Assembly: GCA_013265495.1 (NCBI GenBank)
Contig: MU058257.1
Coordinates: 503,418 to 567,417, forward strand
Length of the DNA stretch: 64,000 nucleotides
From: Vicugna vicugna
Lineage: Eukaryota
Direction: 5' to 3'
This document shows, in pieces, positions 1-12,224 of the stretch. Every line of letters begins with the position of its first letter. Position 1 is the first letter of the stretch. Under the pieces are notes generated by a model that had not been told where the DNA came from, did no database searches, and was given only the letters and a program-made list of their open reading frames with translations. Made by a program: the position numbers and the translations under genes.

Positions 1-250
1 GTGAAAAGGGATAAATTGGGAGTTCAAGATTTGCAGATACAAACTAACATATATAAAATAGGTAAACAAGTTCATCCTGTACAGCACAGGGAACTATATT
101 CAATATCTTGTAGTAACTTATGGTGAAAAAGAATATGAAAATGAATGACTTAAGTATTATGCTGTACACCAGAAATTGACACAACATTACAAACTGACTA
201 TACTTCAGTAAAAAAATATATATACAGAGAACCAAAAAAAAAAAAAAAAA
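1..250 (+). mobile_element. LINE-1 3' UTR terminus with A-rich tail (cut by window edge)
   Basis: Contains 'gggataaattgggagttcaagatttgcaga...agcacagggaactatattcaatatcttgta...gactatacttca' followed by poly(A). The same 3' UTR recurs at 9339-10090, 24150-24330 and 50263-50900. Confidence 0.9.
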
Positions 251-744
251 CAAAACCCCACAACTGAAGGGAAAAACCAGAGCAAGTAGGATGGTGGAAC
301 CAGGAAAAGGAAAAGCTGGTTACGACCGATAACAGCCTTCAAGTGCCCCTGGGCTATTATATAAAGTAGAACCATTCAGCCATGTTCTCTTTGGCACTCA
401 GAATTTATCTGCCACCGTGCACCTGGGGACCCACACCCTGCTGACCAAACTGGGCCCAGGAGGAGCAGGGCTTAAAGAGATTAGATCTGAATAAAATCCA
501 GAAGCCAAAAAAATAGGAGAGAGGAGAGAAAAGGGACTGCTTCAAACCCGGCCTAAGGGTGATCTTTGCAGCTTAGAGGCGGACTGTGCCAGGAGGAATT
601 TGGCCCCAGAGCTATCAGAGGTCACTGGTTGGTGTTCACAGTTTAACTGTACAGTTTTCATTAGTTGTATCAACTGGAGTAGAACCGAGAGCAGTTGGCA
701 CCTTGGCTAAGGGGTGAGCGGGGCTCCTGCAGGCGCGGTCCAGG

Positions 745-1160
745 ACTGAGTCAGTGCCTGGCCCCGCCGGGCCTGCAAGTTCTCTTTTGTCATTGAACAC
801 AGTCATTTGAATAAAAGGCAAAAAAAAAAAAAAAAAACCGCTTACTTTCGTATAGAAAAAAATCTCCCACCTCTAGGGGGAAAAAAGTCAGCTTCTGGTG
901 GCGGTGAGGAGAATGAGGTCTCAAAGCCACAGCTCAGAGACAGAACATGGAAGTTGGCAAGAAATGAAATATCTGGGTGCAGCACTGGTGTGTGGGTGTG
1001 GGTGTAGGTGGGTGGGTGGGTGGAAGTTCTACAGAGAAGCAGTAAAAGTGAGTGCGCCAGAGGAGAATGATTCAAGTGAGAGGGAACGCTTCAGGGATGG
1101 CTGAACGGCTGGTGATTTTGTGTGTCTGTGTGCGGAAAACACCCTCCACGTGACGAAAAT
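745..1160 (-). promoter_or_regulatory. Candidate non-CpG-island promoter and non-coding first exon on the minus strand
   Basis: Unique sequence with GTCACGTG E-box (1147-1154, minus), a CACCC/GGGT array (994-1020), a minus-strand donor AAA|GTAAGC (exon end 846), an AP-1 site in the near-palindrome ACTGAGTCAGT (745-755) and a GC box just outside it (762-768). Function is inferred. Confidence 0.35.
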
Positions 1161-1651
1161 GAAGTGCTTCAGTCCTGCTGGAACAGCCAGACCATCTCAG
1201 ACACAGTCTGACACATTGCAGTCCTGTGGTCCAAGTGGAGTACCAGGGTGGGGGGAGGTCCAGCTCTTCTGAGACTCCACAGTGGAGAAGCGTAGTGTAC
1301 ATCCAGCCCTTGGATTCTGGTTAAATAAGATGAAGAATCATAGAGTAGGAATTAGTCATTGAGGTTGTGGAATCATCTACATCTCTGGGGATCTTTACAA
1401 ACAGGCTCTATGCTTCTTTGCCTCTGAGCAGTTTAAGTAATTCATGCTTGATTCATACATTTCTGATCCTTCCCTTTACTTCGAGATTTTCAGAGTTTGG
1501 GGTGCTCTTTGCCTTGGGCTCTTAAGGAGGAAATTGGAGCTAGCATGAGGCTGGCAGAGCAGAAAGCAGCTTTTTTTCCCCAGATGTTACACTTAAGACA
1601 AGTCCAAACATCAAGAAACACTTAATTATAAACATTAAGAAACACCTACTT

Positions 1652-1780
1652 GGGGCTGTGGGGATAGTGCAGTGGTAGAGCACGTGCTTAGAGTCTTGGG
1701 TTCGATCCCCTGTACCTCCATTAAAAATAAATACAAAATAAATAAATAGCCCTAATTACCTCCCCCTCCCCCCAAAAAAC
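1652..1780 (+). mobile_element. tRNA-derived SINE (Vic-1-like camelid SINE)
   Basis: Has A-box/B-box head 'gatagtgcagtggtagagcacgtgcttag...gggttcgatcccctgtacctcc', an A-rich linker and the 'cctaattacctcccc' tail shared with other copies in the window. Confidence 0.85.
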
Positions 1781-2205
1781 ACTTAGTGATATTATTATCA
1801 TAAAAGATGACATGGATTCGAGACTGAGACCACAGCCTTTAGGGGAGGATAACTAATCTAAGAGACAGCCTGCAGTGTAAATTAGAGCGACCATCTTAAC
1901 CCTGTTGAAAGTCTTGCAGCTGCTAAATCATGATGTTATGCAAAAATAGGTGGGAAGCAAACAGCTTTTGCTGCTAATGCCATTTTGATTAGATTCTGAT
2001 GCTACCTGTGTTGAGTTGGATGTCTGGACTTGTATTTTGAAATGTTGAACTTCCTGTAATTCACTGAAGAAAATAAATTCCCTTTCCTTTTCGTTTTCCT
2101 TTTTTTTTTTTCTTTCCTGTAATCGTAATGTCACTAGTAAAATAAGACAATACTGCCTCTATCCGCAGGTGGACTTGCAGTTTGGTTTTGAGTTTGCTGC
2201 CTTAC

Positions 2206-2290
2206 CAGTGAGGAATGCAAAGAACTTTCAACTCCAAATTTCATTACAAAAGCTCTTCTTGTGAGTAGTGATTTCCTAGTAAATATCCAT
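2206..2290 (-). other. Candidate minus-strand exon ending at a strong donor; optional short ORF MKFGVESSLHSSL
   Basis: Donor CTG|GTAAGG (exon end 2206) and ATG at 2244-2242 with purine at -3, giving 13 codons in phase 0. It lies in repeat-free sequence at about 1860-2400. The peptide is not recognised. Confidence 0.25.
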
Positions 2291-3012
2291 ATGCAATTTC
2301 AAACTTTTCCCGCTTATTAGTCCACAGCGATTCTAGTTCTTTCTAAAAGTATCCAAAACCTTGTATGGGTCTTATTGTGGTTCACTTGGAAAGTGCAAGT
2401 TTCAGTATTATTCTAGGTTTCTTCTTAGAGAGCATCTGGTAATGTTTTCTTTCACAGACTAGAAATAGGTACGAATAACCCTTGTCTTTCCCCATTTAGG
2501 AGACTGGGAAGATGTGAGAGTCAAACAGAAAGGGGAGGGGATTTGTCCTAAGAGGGGGGCACAGAGCACGTGAGGCATTCCAGAGAGAGGAGGTGAAAGG
2601 GACTGGCAGACCTGAGCCGGCCAGAGTGAAACAGCTGGAAGGTCATGGCGCTGTCTCTGCAGGAAAGGGCTGGGCAGTGAGCTCTCTGAGACTGCTCAGA
2701 CTTGAAGTCTGTGGTTTCGACTTTAGAACTACCTCCCACCAGACCCATGGCCTCATCATCACCGTGGGGCTGAGACAGAGGGCTGTCTCCATCCAGGCTG
2801 GAAGCAGACATCACATGGACGCCCCTGTACAGACGGAAAGGCAGAATCCAGCACATCTGTAAGGTGTCCTTGGTGATTTCCTTCTGGGAGGGGACTCTGG
2901 AATTAATTAGAGGTGTTGAAAAATTTGTTCCCAGGCCGGGAGAGGACTGTCCCCCAAATTTTCAAACCAGAAGTGATCTTTAGGACACCAACTTTCATTT
3001 CTTCTTTGGACT

Positions 3013-3077
3013 TATATGTGTATGTACACATGTAAGTATACTTATATGTATATATACATACACACACACACACACAC
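3013..3077. repeat. Imperfect (TA)/(TG) run followed by (CA)n microsatellite
   Basis: Directly visible. Confidence 0.9.
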
Positions 3078-3559
3078 GGAGGCAAAACATAAGCTTAATT
3101 TAACCCAAAAGAATTGATCAGATAGTCTGATTTATTCAGCTTGAAACAAAAATACCTTTTAACAGTCATCCATGCCATTGTGAAGTACATACCTTTAAAA
3201 TCTTGGTAGAGCTTCTTGGAGTACCTAAACTTGCTTGTGATTAGCCAGATTTCCTGATCATTTCAAAGCCTCTGTAAAGAAGATTTTTTTAAATGTAGAG
3301 GTTCTGATATATTGTGAATACTATAAATGCCAAGTCTTATCATTATATTCCTTCTGATATAATGGAGAGGAAATATCTTCCAAAAATCTTGGGAAAAAAA
3401 TAGAAGTAAATATGAACAAATTGAATTTTTATTTCCAAGAATCATTTTTTAAAAATAGTGAGAGAACATTAACTACCTGGGGTTGAAGTGCTTTTCATTT
3501 CGTGATTTTTGTCATTTAGAATTTGAAGCATATTTAAAAGACAGAAAGAGTGCAGTGAA

Positions 3560-4010
3560 CTTCCCTCCTCTCACCCCCGGAGTTAACAGTTACCAGGCCT
3601 CTCCTGCCTCTGATTCACCCATCCCTGGTCTTCCTTTTTTGGAAGTTTATTTGGAAGCAAAACCCAGTCACTGAGAACCCATCTCATACACATTCTTTGG
3701 TGTAAATTTTTAAAGATATGGGTATTTTCTTGTACAGTCACAATGCCATTATTACTCTCAATAAAAGCAACATTTTTTTCCCTTAATATTATCTCATGCT
3801 CAAACCATAATCAGATTTCCCTGGTTGGCTGCAAAAAAAGGTGCATTTTTTACAGTTGGTTTGTTCGAATGAGATCCCCCAAATGCCCTTCATCACCTGC
3901 GGTTACTCTGTTCTGCAAGTCTTTTACAATCTATAGTAGTAATTCCTCTCCATTTTTTCCCCTCTAGTTACCAGCTTACTGAAAAAGTTAGGCCAGTTAT
4001 CCTGTAGCAA
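3560..4010 (-). mobile_element. Ancient L1M-type 3' end, highly decayed
   Basis: Motifs such as 'cacaatgccattattactctcaataaa', 'tttttacagttggtttgttcgaat' and 'aggccagttatcctgtag' resemble old L1ME/MC 3' UTRs in antisense. Confidence 0.5.
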
Positions 4011-4486
4011 TATTTATTTTTTAGGTATATTGGTTAAAGTTTAAATAGTAGTATAGTGCCACCTACACTACTTGGTACTTCACTAAATAAATAATTGAAG
4101 CCCTCAGAGTATCTATTTCGCTCCAGTTTACAAATGAAATAAAATAGAATAGGCCTCTTGTGAATTTGCCAGATTTATCTACACTTTCCCCTTATAAATA
4201 AGTTTCTTTTTAAGGGAGCTATAGAGAAATAAATGATACTTTATGATTATCATTAGGTTTTAGAAAATGTTCCTATTTTGGTGGACCGGCAGGTTAAACA
4301 GTGAGTGGACTAGGCTGTAATCACTGTAGTCATCATTCTTGCTTTACTATTATTAATGCTCTTGATGGTGGCTCTCATTTCTCTAACCCAGAGTAGATGT
4401 TAGGAGTTTGCTAAGCACTTTTCGTATACCATCTCCAAAATCTGCAAGGGAGGAGGTCATTTTACAGAATTTTGTAGAATGATCTT

Positions 4487-5480
4487 TAAACATTTATTTT
4501 CATTGAAATATAATTCATTTACAATTTTGGGTTGGTTTCAGGTGTACAGCAAAGTGATTCAGTTATACATATACATATATTTTTATATTCTTTTCCACTA
4601 TAGCTTATTACAAGATAATGAATATAGTTTCCTGTGTTATATGGTAGGTCCTTGTTGTTTATTTTATATTTAGCGGTGTGTATCTGCTAATTCCAAATTC
4701 CTAATTTATCCCTCCTCCCACTCCTTTCCCCTTTGGTAACCATAGTTTGTTATCTATGTCTCTGAGTCTATTTCCAGTTTGCAAATAAGTTCATTTGTAT
4801 TTTTTTTAGATTCCACATGTAAGTGATGTATGATATTTGTCTTTCTCTGTTTGACTTACTTGACTTATGACAATCTCTAGATCCATCCATGTTGCTGCAA
4901 ATGGCATTATTTTATTCTTTTTTATGGCTGAGTAGTATTACTTTGTGTATATATACTACATCTTCTTTATCCAGTCATCTGTCAATGGACATTTAGTTTG
5001 CTTCCATGTCTTGGCTACTGTAAATAGGGCTGCTATGAACATTGGGATGCATATACTTTCTCAAATTAGAGTTTCCTCCAGATATATGCCCCAGAGTAGG
5101 ATTGCTGGATCATATGGTAAGTCTATTTTCAGTTTTTAAGGAATATCCATACTGTTTTTCATAATGGCTGCACTAAACTACATTCTCACCAACAGTGTGG
5201 GAGGGTTCACTTTTCTTCACACCGTCTCCAGCATTTATTATTTGTAATGATGGCCATTCTGACTGATGTGAAGTGATACCTCATTGTAGTTTTGATCTGC
5301 ATTTCTCTAATAATTAGTGATGTTGAGCATCTTTTCATGTGCCTGTCGGCCATCTGAATGTCTTCTTTGGAGAAATGTCTATTGAGGTCTTCTGCCCATT
5401 TTTTTTTTATTGGGTTGCTTTTTTTTTTTTTGATATTAAGCTGTATGAGCTGTTTGTATATTTTGGAAATTGATCCCCTG
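4487..5480 (-). mobile_element. LINE-1, 5'-truncated (ORF2 C-terminus plus 3' UTR)
   Basis: The minus ORF reads [43 protein letters not shown], typical L1 ORF2. Degenerate TSD agaattttgtagaatgatctt (4466-4486) / agaattttatggaaagatttc (5481-5501). Confidence 0.95.
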
Positions 5481-5639
5481 AGAATTTTATGGAAAGATTT
5501 CAGCCCGGACTTGTGTAACTGAACGCTTGTAATCTTAACAACTTCATGTCCCCTACCTGCATGTGTTTTGTTATTGTTCACTTGGACTGCTTTTTCAGGT
5601 TATCCCATTAATGCTTCTTTCCCCCTAATTCAGTTGTTT

Positions 5640-6520
5640 TAGAGGCTAAAACTTTCTTCTTCCCAGCTCTATACCACGACTCTTACCTACCCACTCTGTG
5701 ATCACGAAGCTGATGTTGTGACCATTAGACAGTGCCAGCTCAGCTAGTGGAGGGTGATCAGTCTTAACGATATTTTCATTGTTTAGACAGCCCAATGTTC
5801 AATGTATCAATTTTTCTTCTCTCTGAATTGACGAACTTTGGCTTTTTATTTGACTGTCACGTCTTTTTTCTCCACGAGCTTATTTCTGTTGGAGGCTTTG
5901 CATGGAAGTTTTCTTGGTGTGTCTTATACAACAGAGATATTACCTTTCGGATGCTTTTCAGTATTGTAGCTTTCCATGTCTCAGTGAACGATAAAATTAC
6001 ATTTACATTAGGATTTCTCATCTGATATAAATAATCTACAGAAAGTGTTTTAAGTATTTATTACTACAATAAAGACTACTATATGGAGTCATATTAATGT
6101 TTATTATTGGATATAGTTGGATGTCAACTTAAATTTGACATAAATCTGAATTCTGAGAGCTTCCTTTTCCCCTGGTATTTTTAGACATGCCTCAACTGCT
6201 GTTTGCATGAGGCCACTTTCCTTCATGATTTTGAGGATATTACTCAGGGTGAGAGTCATCAAACAAACCTTGGAGATGTTTGTCATCTTCCAGTTTAGGC
6301 TTTCTGTTGATTTGATTTCAGCTCGTGTCAGGTTCAGTTAAATCCCATGAGCAAGGAGACGTCACCCTATCCCCTGTCAGCACCACGGTGTAATCACTTA
6401 GATGCTCTCTGAGTGTCTTCAAACGTTGCTGGAGGCTGCTGATGGCATCTCTGTGACTCAGCTGCACTTTCTGTAGGCGAATATATTCTATTTGAATGGT
6501 CCTGATGGGGAGCATTTCAG
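5640..6520 (-). mobile_element. Possible decayed hAT (Tip100-like) DNA transposon internal fragment
   Basis: Broken minus-strand frames 'TLTLSNILKIMKESG' and 'FHAKPPTEISSWRKKT*QSNKKPK' loosely resemble hAT transposase C-terminal regions. No TIRs identified. Confidence 0.25.
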
Positions 6521-7854
6521 GGCAGCACCAGCGCCTTCCTCAGCTCCACTGGGACCTTACTCAAGCCACTTCTAAAGCCAAATGGATGATACCACCAATG
6601 GAGTAATGACACAGCTATTGAATATGTTCCTTGTCCATGTTTTCTCGGTTTAATTTAGCTGGGCAAGACAGCCAGAGCTGTTTCACTTCTGAGTGACATT
6701 CTGGGGTTATCCTTATACTGAGCAAAACAGAAAGGTGGGCTGAGTTCAGAAGGCACAGGCCTCTGGTGTGGCTCAGGGATTACCTCAGGCTGGTCACTAA
6801 AACATCACGAAAAAAACTGGAGTTGATGGACATATCGCCCAAGGAGCAATTCCGCTGCCCAAAGAGCTAGGGAGAAAAAGGACTCACAAGGGACTCAGCC
6901 ACGAATACCTGAGATGCCTTTCTACAGATCTTTCTTGTGTCTCTTCACCCCTGTTCCTAGCACAAGCCAGGAACAGGCACTTCTAAGGGGCTACCAGCTC
7001 AGTGGCCACAATATGTGAGGCAAGCACTTTATCTGCATGATTTCACTCGATTTTTCACAACGACCACAAGTACTAGGGTCCCCATTTTAAAAATGATGAA
7101 AAAAAGCAGTAGTACTCTGATGTCCACAAACTGTTAATGTCCTCACTGGGGTTAGAACAGAAATTGAGAGTTAGCATTTAGAGTGTTTGTAGCGCATTAC
7201 TAAGATATTTCTACTGTATTTTTCAACAGTGTCGGTCCAAAATAGATTGGAAATAGCCAGAAAGGAAAAAGGAAGGAAGGAAGAGAGAGAGAGACTGATC
7301 TTTCCCATAAACAGCTTGAGAAATATGGGCTTAGACATTTAATAATTAGTCCAAAGTTGCACATCAGGTAAGTGTGAGAACCAAGACTTACACCCTCTCT
7401 TGGCTTCAAAGCCCTTGCTCTGTGTTTAGAATGACCCTCACTATCTCCCAGTTGGATGATGATGAATAAAGAAAGAAACAAACCAGCAATCTGATGATAA
7501 TTTGTCACTATTCTTAGGCAATTCAGGGACTCAAATTTCAGAACTTGGGGGATTGGAGTAAGAAGAGGAGATTTCACAGCAAAACCAAGACTCTGGCTCC
7601 TCTGTTGTCACCACCACCATCATCTTGTCCGTAGTCCGTGTGCTTAATGTGAATTATCCTGAAAACCCAGGACAACTCGGGGAGACAGGTACTCTTTGGC
7701 TATGCAGCAGCAGAGCCAGGATGCAAAGAGGACGCAGCTGACACCAAAGCCTGGGCATTTAACCATTTTTCCGCCCTTTCCCACCCATAACACATGCAGA
7801 TTCACGAGGATGTCTGGGGCGGCACTAGGGCTTATTTGTGAAAAATGGGGACTG

Positions 7855-8050
7855 GGGGTTGAGACTAACTGGGTTTGAATTTGGTTCAAGAGCTGTGTAA
7901 TCTTAGACATGTTTCTTAACCTTCCTGTGCTTCAATTACCATGTCTGTAAAATGGAGATTTTTTTTTTGAGACCTGCCTCAAAAGTTTATGGTAAGAATT
8001 AAATTTTCAGAAATGCATAATGCTTAGCACAGAGTGTTCAAGAAATTGTT
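7855..8050 (+). mobile_element. MIR SINE
   Basis: Core 'gggtttgaat...gctgtgtaatcttagacatgtttcttaaccttcctgtgcttcaattaccatgtctgtaaaatggagat'. Confidence 0.75.
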
Positions 8051-8479
8051 GCTATTGGTAATACTATTAAAATTATATGTCAGTACTTTTCAGGTTAACA
8101 CCAAGAGTTTAAAAATGTAGTATTGTAGTTTGTGAATTTTGACGTCTAACATGCCATACAGAAGCAAAATTCACCTAGTACATCCTTTCCATTTGCTAGG
8201 ATGACATGATCTTTAATTTAGGTTTCTCATTTGACTAAATTGCTGCTCTTTTAAATATTTCCGTTCTAAGAATGGATGCTGCAGAAACCAGCACCTGCAA
8301 CACTGCCCAGCGTGTAGTAGGTGCTCAGTGAATATCCGTGGAGCAAATGCATCTTATTGGAGAACTTGCTCCTGGCTAGTAATCTTCCTTTCAATCACAT
8401 TTAAGCCTGCCTTTTAAACTATGTATCCTTAAAAGAAAAGTGAACCTTCACTGTTTTTCCACTAAAAAACTGTATCATG

Positions 8480-8637
8480 GAGGGGAGGGTAGAGCTCAGT
8501 GGTAGAGTGCGTGCTTAGCATGCACAAGGTCCTGGGTTCCATCCCCAGCACCTCCGCCGAAAAATAAATAAATGAACCTAACTACCCCCACTCCCCCCCA
8601 AAAATTAGCAAAAAATGTAAATAAATAAATAAACTTT
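8480..8637 (+). mobile_element. tRNA-derived SINE (Vic-1-like), long form
   Basis: Head 'ggggagggtagagctcagtggtagagtgcgtgcttagcatgcacaaggtcctgggttccatcccc'. TSD aaaaactgtatcatg (8465-8479) / aaaagctgtatcatg (8639-8653). Confidence 0.92.
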
Positions 8638-9338
8638 TAAAAGCTGTATCATGCCACTTTATGTATTTCTCTGCATTAAGCAGAAAAGAGCAGCCCCAGG
8701 CTGCAGGCCTGGGTGTCTTCTGGAGGTGAGTGGCCCGCTGCTTTCCGGGGCCAACTTCCTGCCTCGGGGACGGGAGTGCCAGGTGCACAGTCCCATCCAG
8801 CCTCTGAGTCACGGTGACATCGGCCTGAGTCAGGCTCCCGGCACTGGACCGGCCTGTCAGATCCCGCCCGGACCTGCTCCACAGTCCGCCCTGGAGAGGA
8901 GGGGAGCGGCTCCTGGGGTAGGAGTGCCTCGCTGCTGCTCAGAGGCTCCCTGGTGCCCTCCCCGATGGCCTCCTCCGGCAACTCTGCAGCCCTCCCAGCC
9001 TCTACCGTCCCTTCTGCCCCAAATGTTCATTGACCGACCTCTCCCCACCTCCTTGCAGGGATTCCAGACTCTCAGCAGTGCCTCTCTTCTGGCTTCACTG
9101 GGTTTTTGGGGGTTATAAACTTAAGAAAGACATTGATGTTTGAGTAAACCAAATGTATTATTCCCATTGACATAATATGACTGTGCGACTCCACAAATCT
9201 TTGGCCCATAAATTCCTCATCTTTGAAATGATAGGTTTGAACTCATGTTTCTGACACTGGTATCTGATGCCCTGAGAATCTGATTTTCTTGATCCAGGTG
9301 AGGCCTGGGAATCTAGAGTCTTAAAAACTCCCATGTCC

Positions 9339-10090
9339 AGTGTAGTTTGGTGCAGCCATTATGGAAAAAAGTATGAGGATTCCTTAAAACATTGAAAGTA
9401 GACTTGCCCTATGATCCAGATTCTATGATCCACTCCTGGGCATATATCTGGAGGAAAGTAATTCAGCAATGTACACGCACCCCGATGTTCACAGCAACAC
9501 TATTCACAATAGCCAAAACATGGAAGCAACATAAATGTCCATTGACAGATGACTGGATAAAGGAGTTGTGGTATATTTATACAATGGAATACTACTCAGC
9601 CATAAAAAATAAAATAAAGCCATTTGCAGCAATGTGGATGGACCTGGAGATCATCATATTAAGTGAAGTAAGTCAGAAAGAGGAAGACAAATACCATATG
9701 ATATCACTTATATGTGGAATCTTAAAAAAAAAAAGGACACAAATGAACTTGTTTACAAAACAGGGACAGACTCATAGACATAGAAAACAAACTTATGGTT
9801 ACCGGGGGAAAGGGGATGGAAAGGATAAATTGGGAGTTTGAGATTTGCAGAGACCAATTCTAATTACTGTACATAAAATAGATAAACAACAAGGTCCTAC
9901 TGTATAGCACAGGGAACTATATTTAATAGCTTGTACCTATATTCAATGCCTATAGTGGAAAAGAATATGATGATGAATATACATATAAATGTATAAAAGA
10001 ATCACTGTGCTGTGCCCCACAAATTAACACAATGTTGTAAATCAAGTATAATCAATCAAAAAAAAAAAGAAAACAAGAAAAAGAAAAAGA
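9339..10090 (+). mobile_element. LINE-1, 5'-truncated (ORF2 end plus 3' UTR plus tail), inserted in a MER5-like element inside a MIR
   Basis: ORF 9392-9841 contains TPMFTATLFTIAKTWKQHKCPLTDDWIKELWYIYTMEYYSAIK. TSD-like aactcccatgtc (9326-9337) / aatctccctatgtc (10092-10105). Confidence 0.95.
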
Positions 10091-11587
10091 TAATCTCCCT
10101 ATGTCATTTAGATGGGCAGCCACATTTGCCCATCATTGGACTAGATTATTTCCAAGGCCTTTCTAATGCTAAAATTCTGTGAATCAAGATTTTATTTTTC
10201 AATCAAGTGCTTTTGAGTCAGAAAAGGAATTTACTAACTATATAGGTTTAGATGGATGACAAAAAGGTACAAATATTCTCATAATTTTATTTATGGCAAA
10301 AATGAAATGTTTATATATATATTCAAACCAGGTTCACCTGGGCCACTGCAGAACAGTTTGTGTTTAAGCATGACATGTCTAAGTATGAAATGTTATCCTG
10401 AAAAATTCCACACTGAACGGAAGTCCCAGGTCAGAGCCCAGCACTCCGTGGCCTCTCACCACTTGACAGGTCCAGGGTCCTGGGAGAGAACGTGGTGGAG
10501 TCACTGGGTCAGCAGGATTTGAGTCCTCCCAGGCCATTTGCAGCCACAGCCACAGCCAAGTTCATTGTGAGCAGCAGCACTTCCTGCCTTGCTTGTGAGC
10601 TATGAGCTGTGTCAGGAAATAGTTTGTCCAAATCAAGTTTGTGGGCTGAGCCCTTTGCTGAGAAAGCTGCATTATCTATGGCATCAGTGACAAGGCCAAA
10701 AGCAAGAAATATACATGAATTGGTTCCCTCAGAAGTATGCAGAAGAAGGCAGGGAGGCCAGGTGTTTCCTTCCTAAGTGACAGGGGGCCTGGGAACAATG
10801 GGTGGGAGGAACGACTTTGAAAGATCCACTCAGCCTGCTTTCTCAGTGCCCAGGGATTCTGTGAAGTCCTGTGAGGGCACTGTGCCCCTGGATTCTAGAA
10901 CAGATCATGGCATATAATTGATGCTCAATAAACATTAAACAAATACATGGATCAGACAGTTATGATAATCTGAAGGCTGCTATCTGTAGAGAGCTATCTT
11001 CGGAAAAACCCTACTAATTATAAACTAAAAAAAGGCAGAGATTGGGTCTTATTCACTTTATCGGGCTTGGCAATGTTATCAGTAAACACTTGTTGAAATG
11101 AGTTGGCCAAGAGCTCTTCTATTTGGGGGAAAAAGTAAGGTAACATGGGAGCTGGTGGTGAAGGTTACAGAAGTCCATGTGGATATCACAAACCCAGCAT
11201 TTCTCAAACAATCATTTACTTGATTCATTGATGGCACATGAGTAAACAAAATGGCACCTAACTGTCAATGGCAATACTTACTGCATAAGAGAAACAGCAT
11301 TCTTTGAGGTAATGGGTTTATGGACATGAATATGACAGCTCTGTGGACAAAACACTGAGTGATTTATCACAGTGAAAAACTGAATTGCCCTAATTCAACA
11401 GGGAATGTCTTAAATTATGAGGTGTTCATGCACTTATACTTTCAATTAAAATCACGTTTTCAGAAACAGTGAAAAAACATTTACTGTCGTGGAGACATTT
11501 ATATATGTTAAATCAAAAGGCAAGGGTAGCAGAAACTGTTGATTCCTACCCATTCTGTCTCCCTCCTCCCTCCTAACAACACTATTT

Positions 11588-12154
11588 AAAAAAGAAAATT
11601 ATTGAAGCGTAGTTGATTTACACTGGTAGTTTCAGGTGTACAGCAAAGTGATCCAGTTATACATATACATGCATATATTTTTTTTCTTTTCTGATTCTTT
11701 TCCATTATATGTTATTATGAAAAATGGAATATAGTTCCCTGGGCTCTACAGTAAGTCCTTGTTGTTCATCTATTTTATGTACAGTAGTGTGTATGTGTTA
11801 ATCCCCAACCCCTAATTTATCCCTCCTTGTCCTTTCCCCTTTGGTAATCATAGTTTGTTTTCTATGTCTGTGAGTCTGGTTTTGGTCTGTAAATAGAATT
11901 TGTATATATTTTTTTAGATTCCACATATAAGTGGCATGATATTTGTCTTTCTCTGTCTCTTACTTCACTCGGTATGACAATCTCCAGGTCTATCCATGTT
12001 GCTGCAAATGGCATTATTTCATTCTTTTTTATGGCCGAGTAGTATTCCATTGTATAAATATACCACATCTTTATCCAGGCATCTGTTGATGGACATTTAA
12101 GTTGTCTCCATGTGTTGGCTATTGTAAATAGTGCTACTGTGAACATTGGGGTGC
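11588..12154 (-). mobile_element. LINE-1, 5'-truncated
   Basis: The minus ORF contains CTPMFTVALFTIANTWRQLKCPSTDAWIKMWYIYTMEYYSAIKKNEIMPFAATW. TSD acaacactattt (11576-11587) / acaacaccattt (12155-12166). Confidence 0.95.
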
Positions 12155-12224
12155 ACAACACCATTTTGTTGGTATTTCTGTTCTCTGCAGGGCTGTGTGC
12201 TTCAGGGAGCTTGTTGGCCCTGCA

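Noticed and set aside
8651..9118. Overlapping GC-rich ORFs (similar sets near 22.2-22.8, 42.2-42.9 and 60.5-62.2 kb)
   Set aside because: They are open on both strands with Pro/Gly/Ser/Ala-rich nonsense translations, and several lie inside LTR relics.
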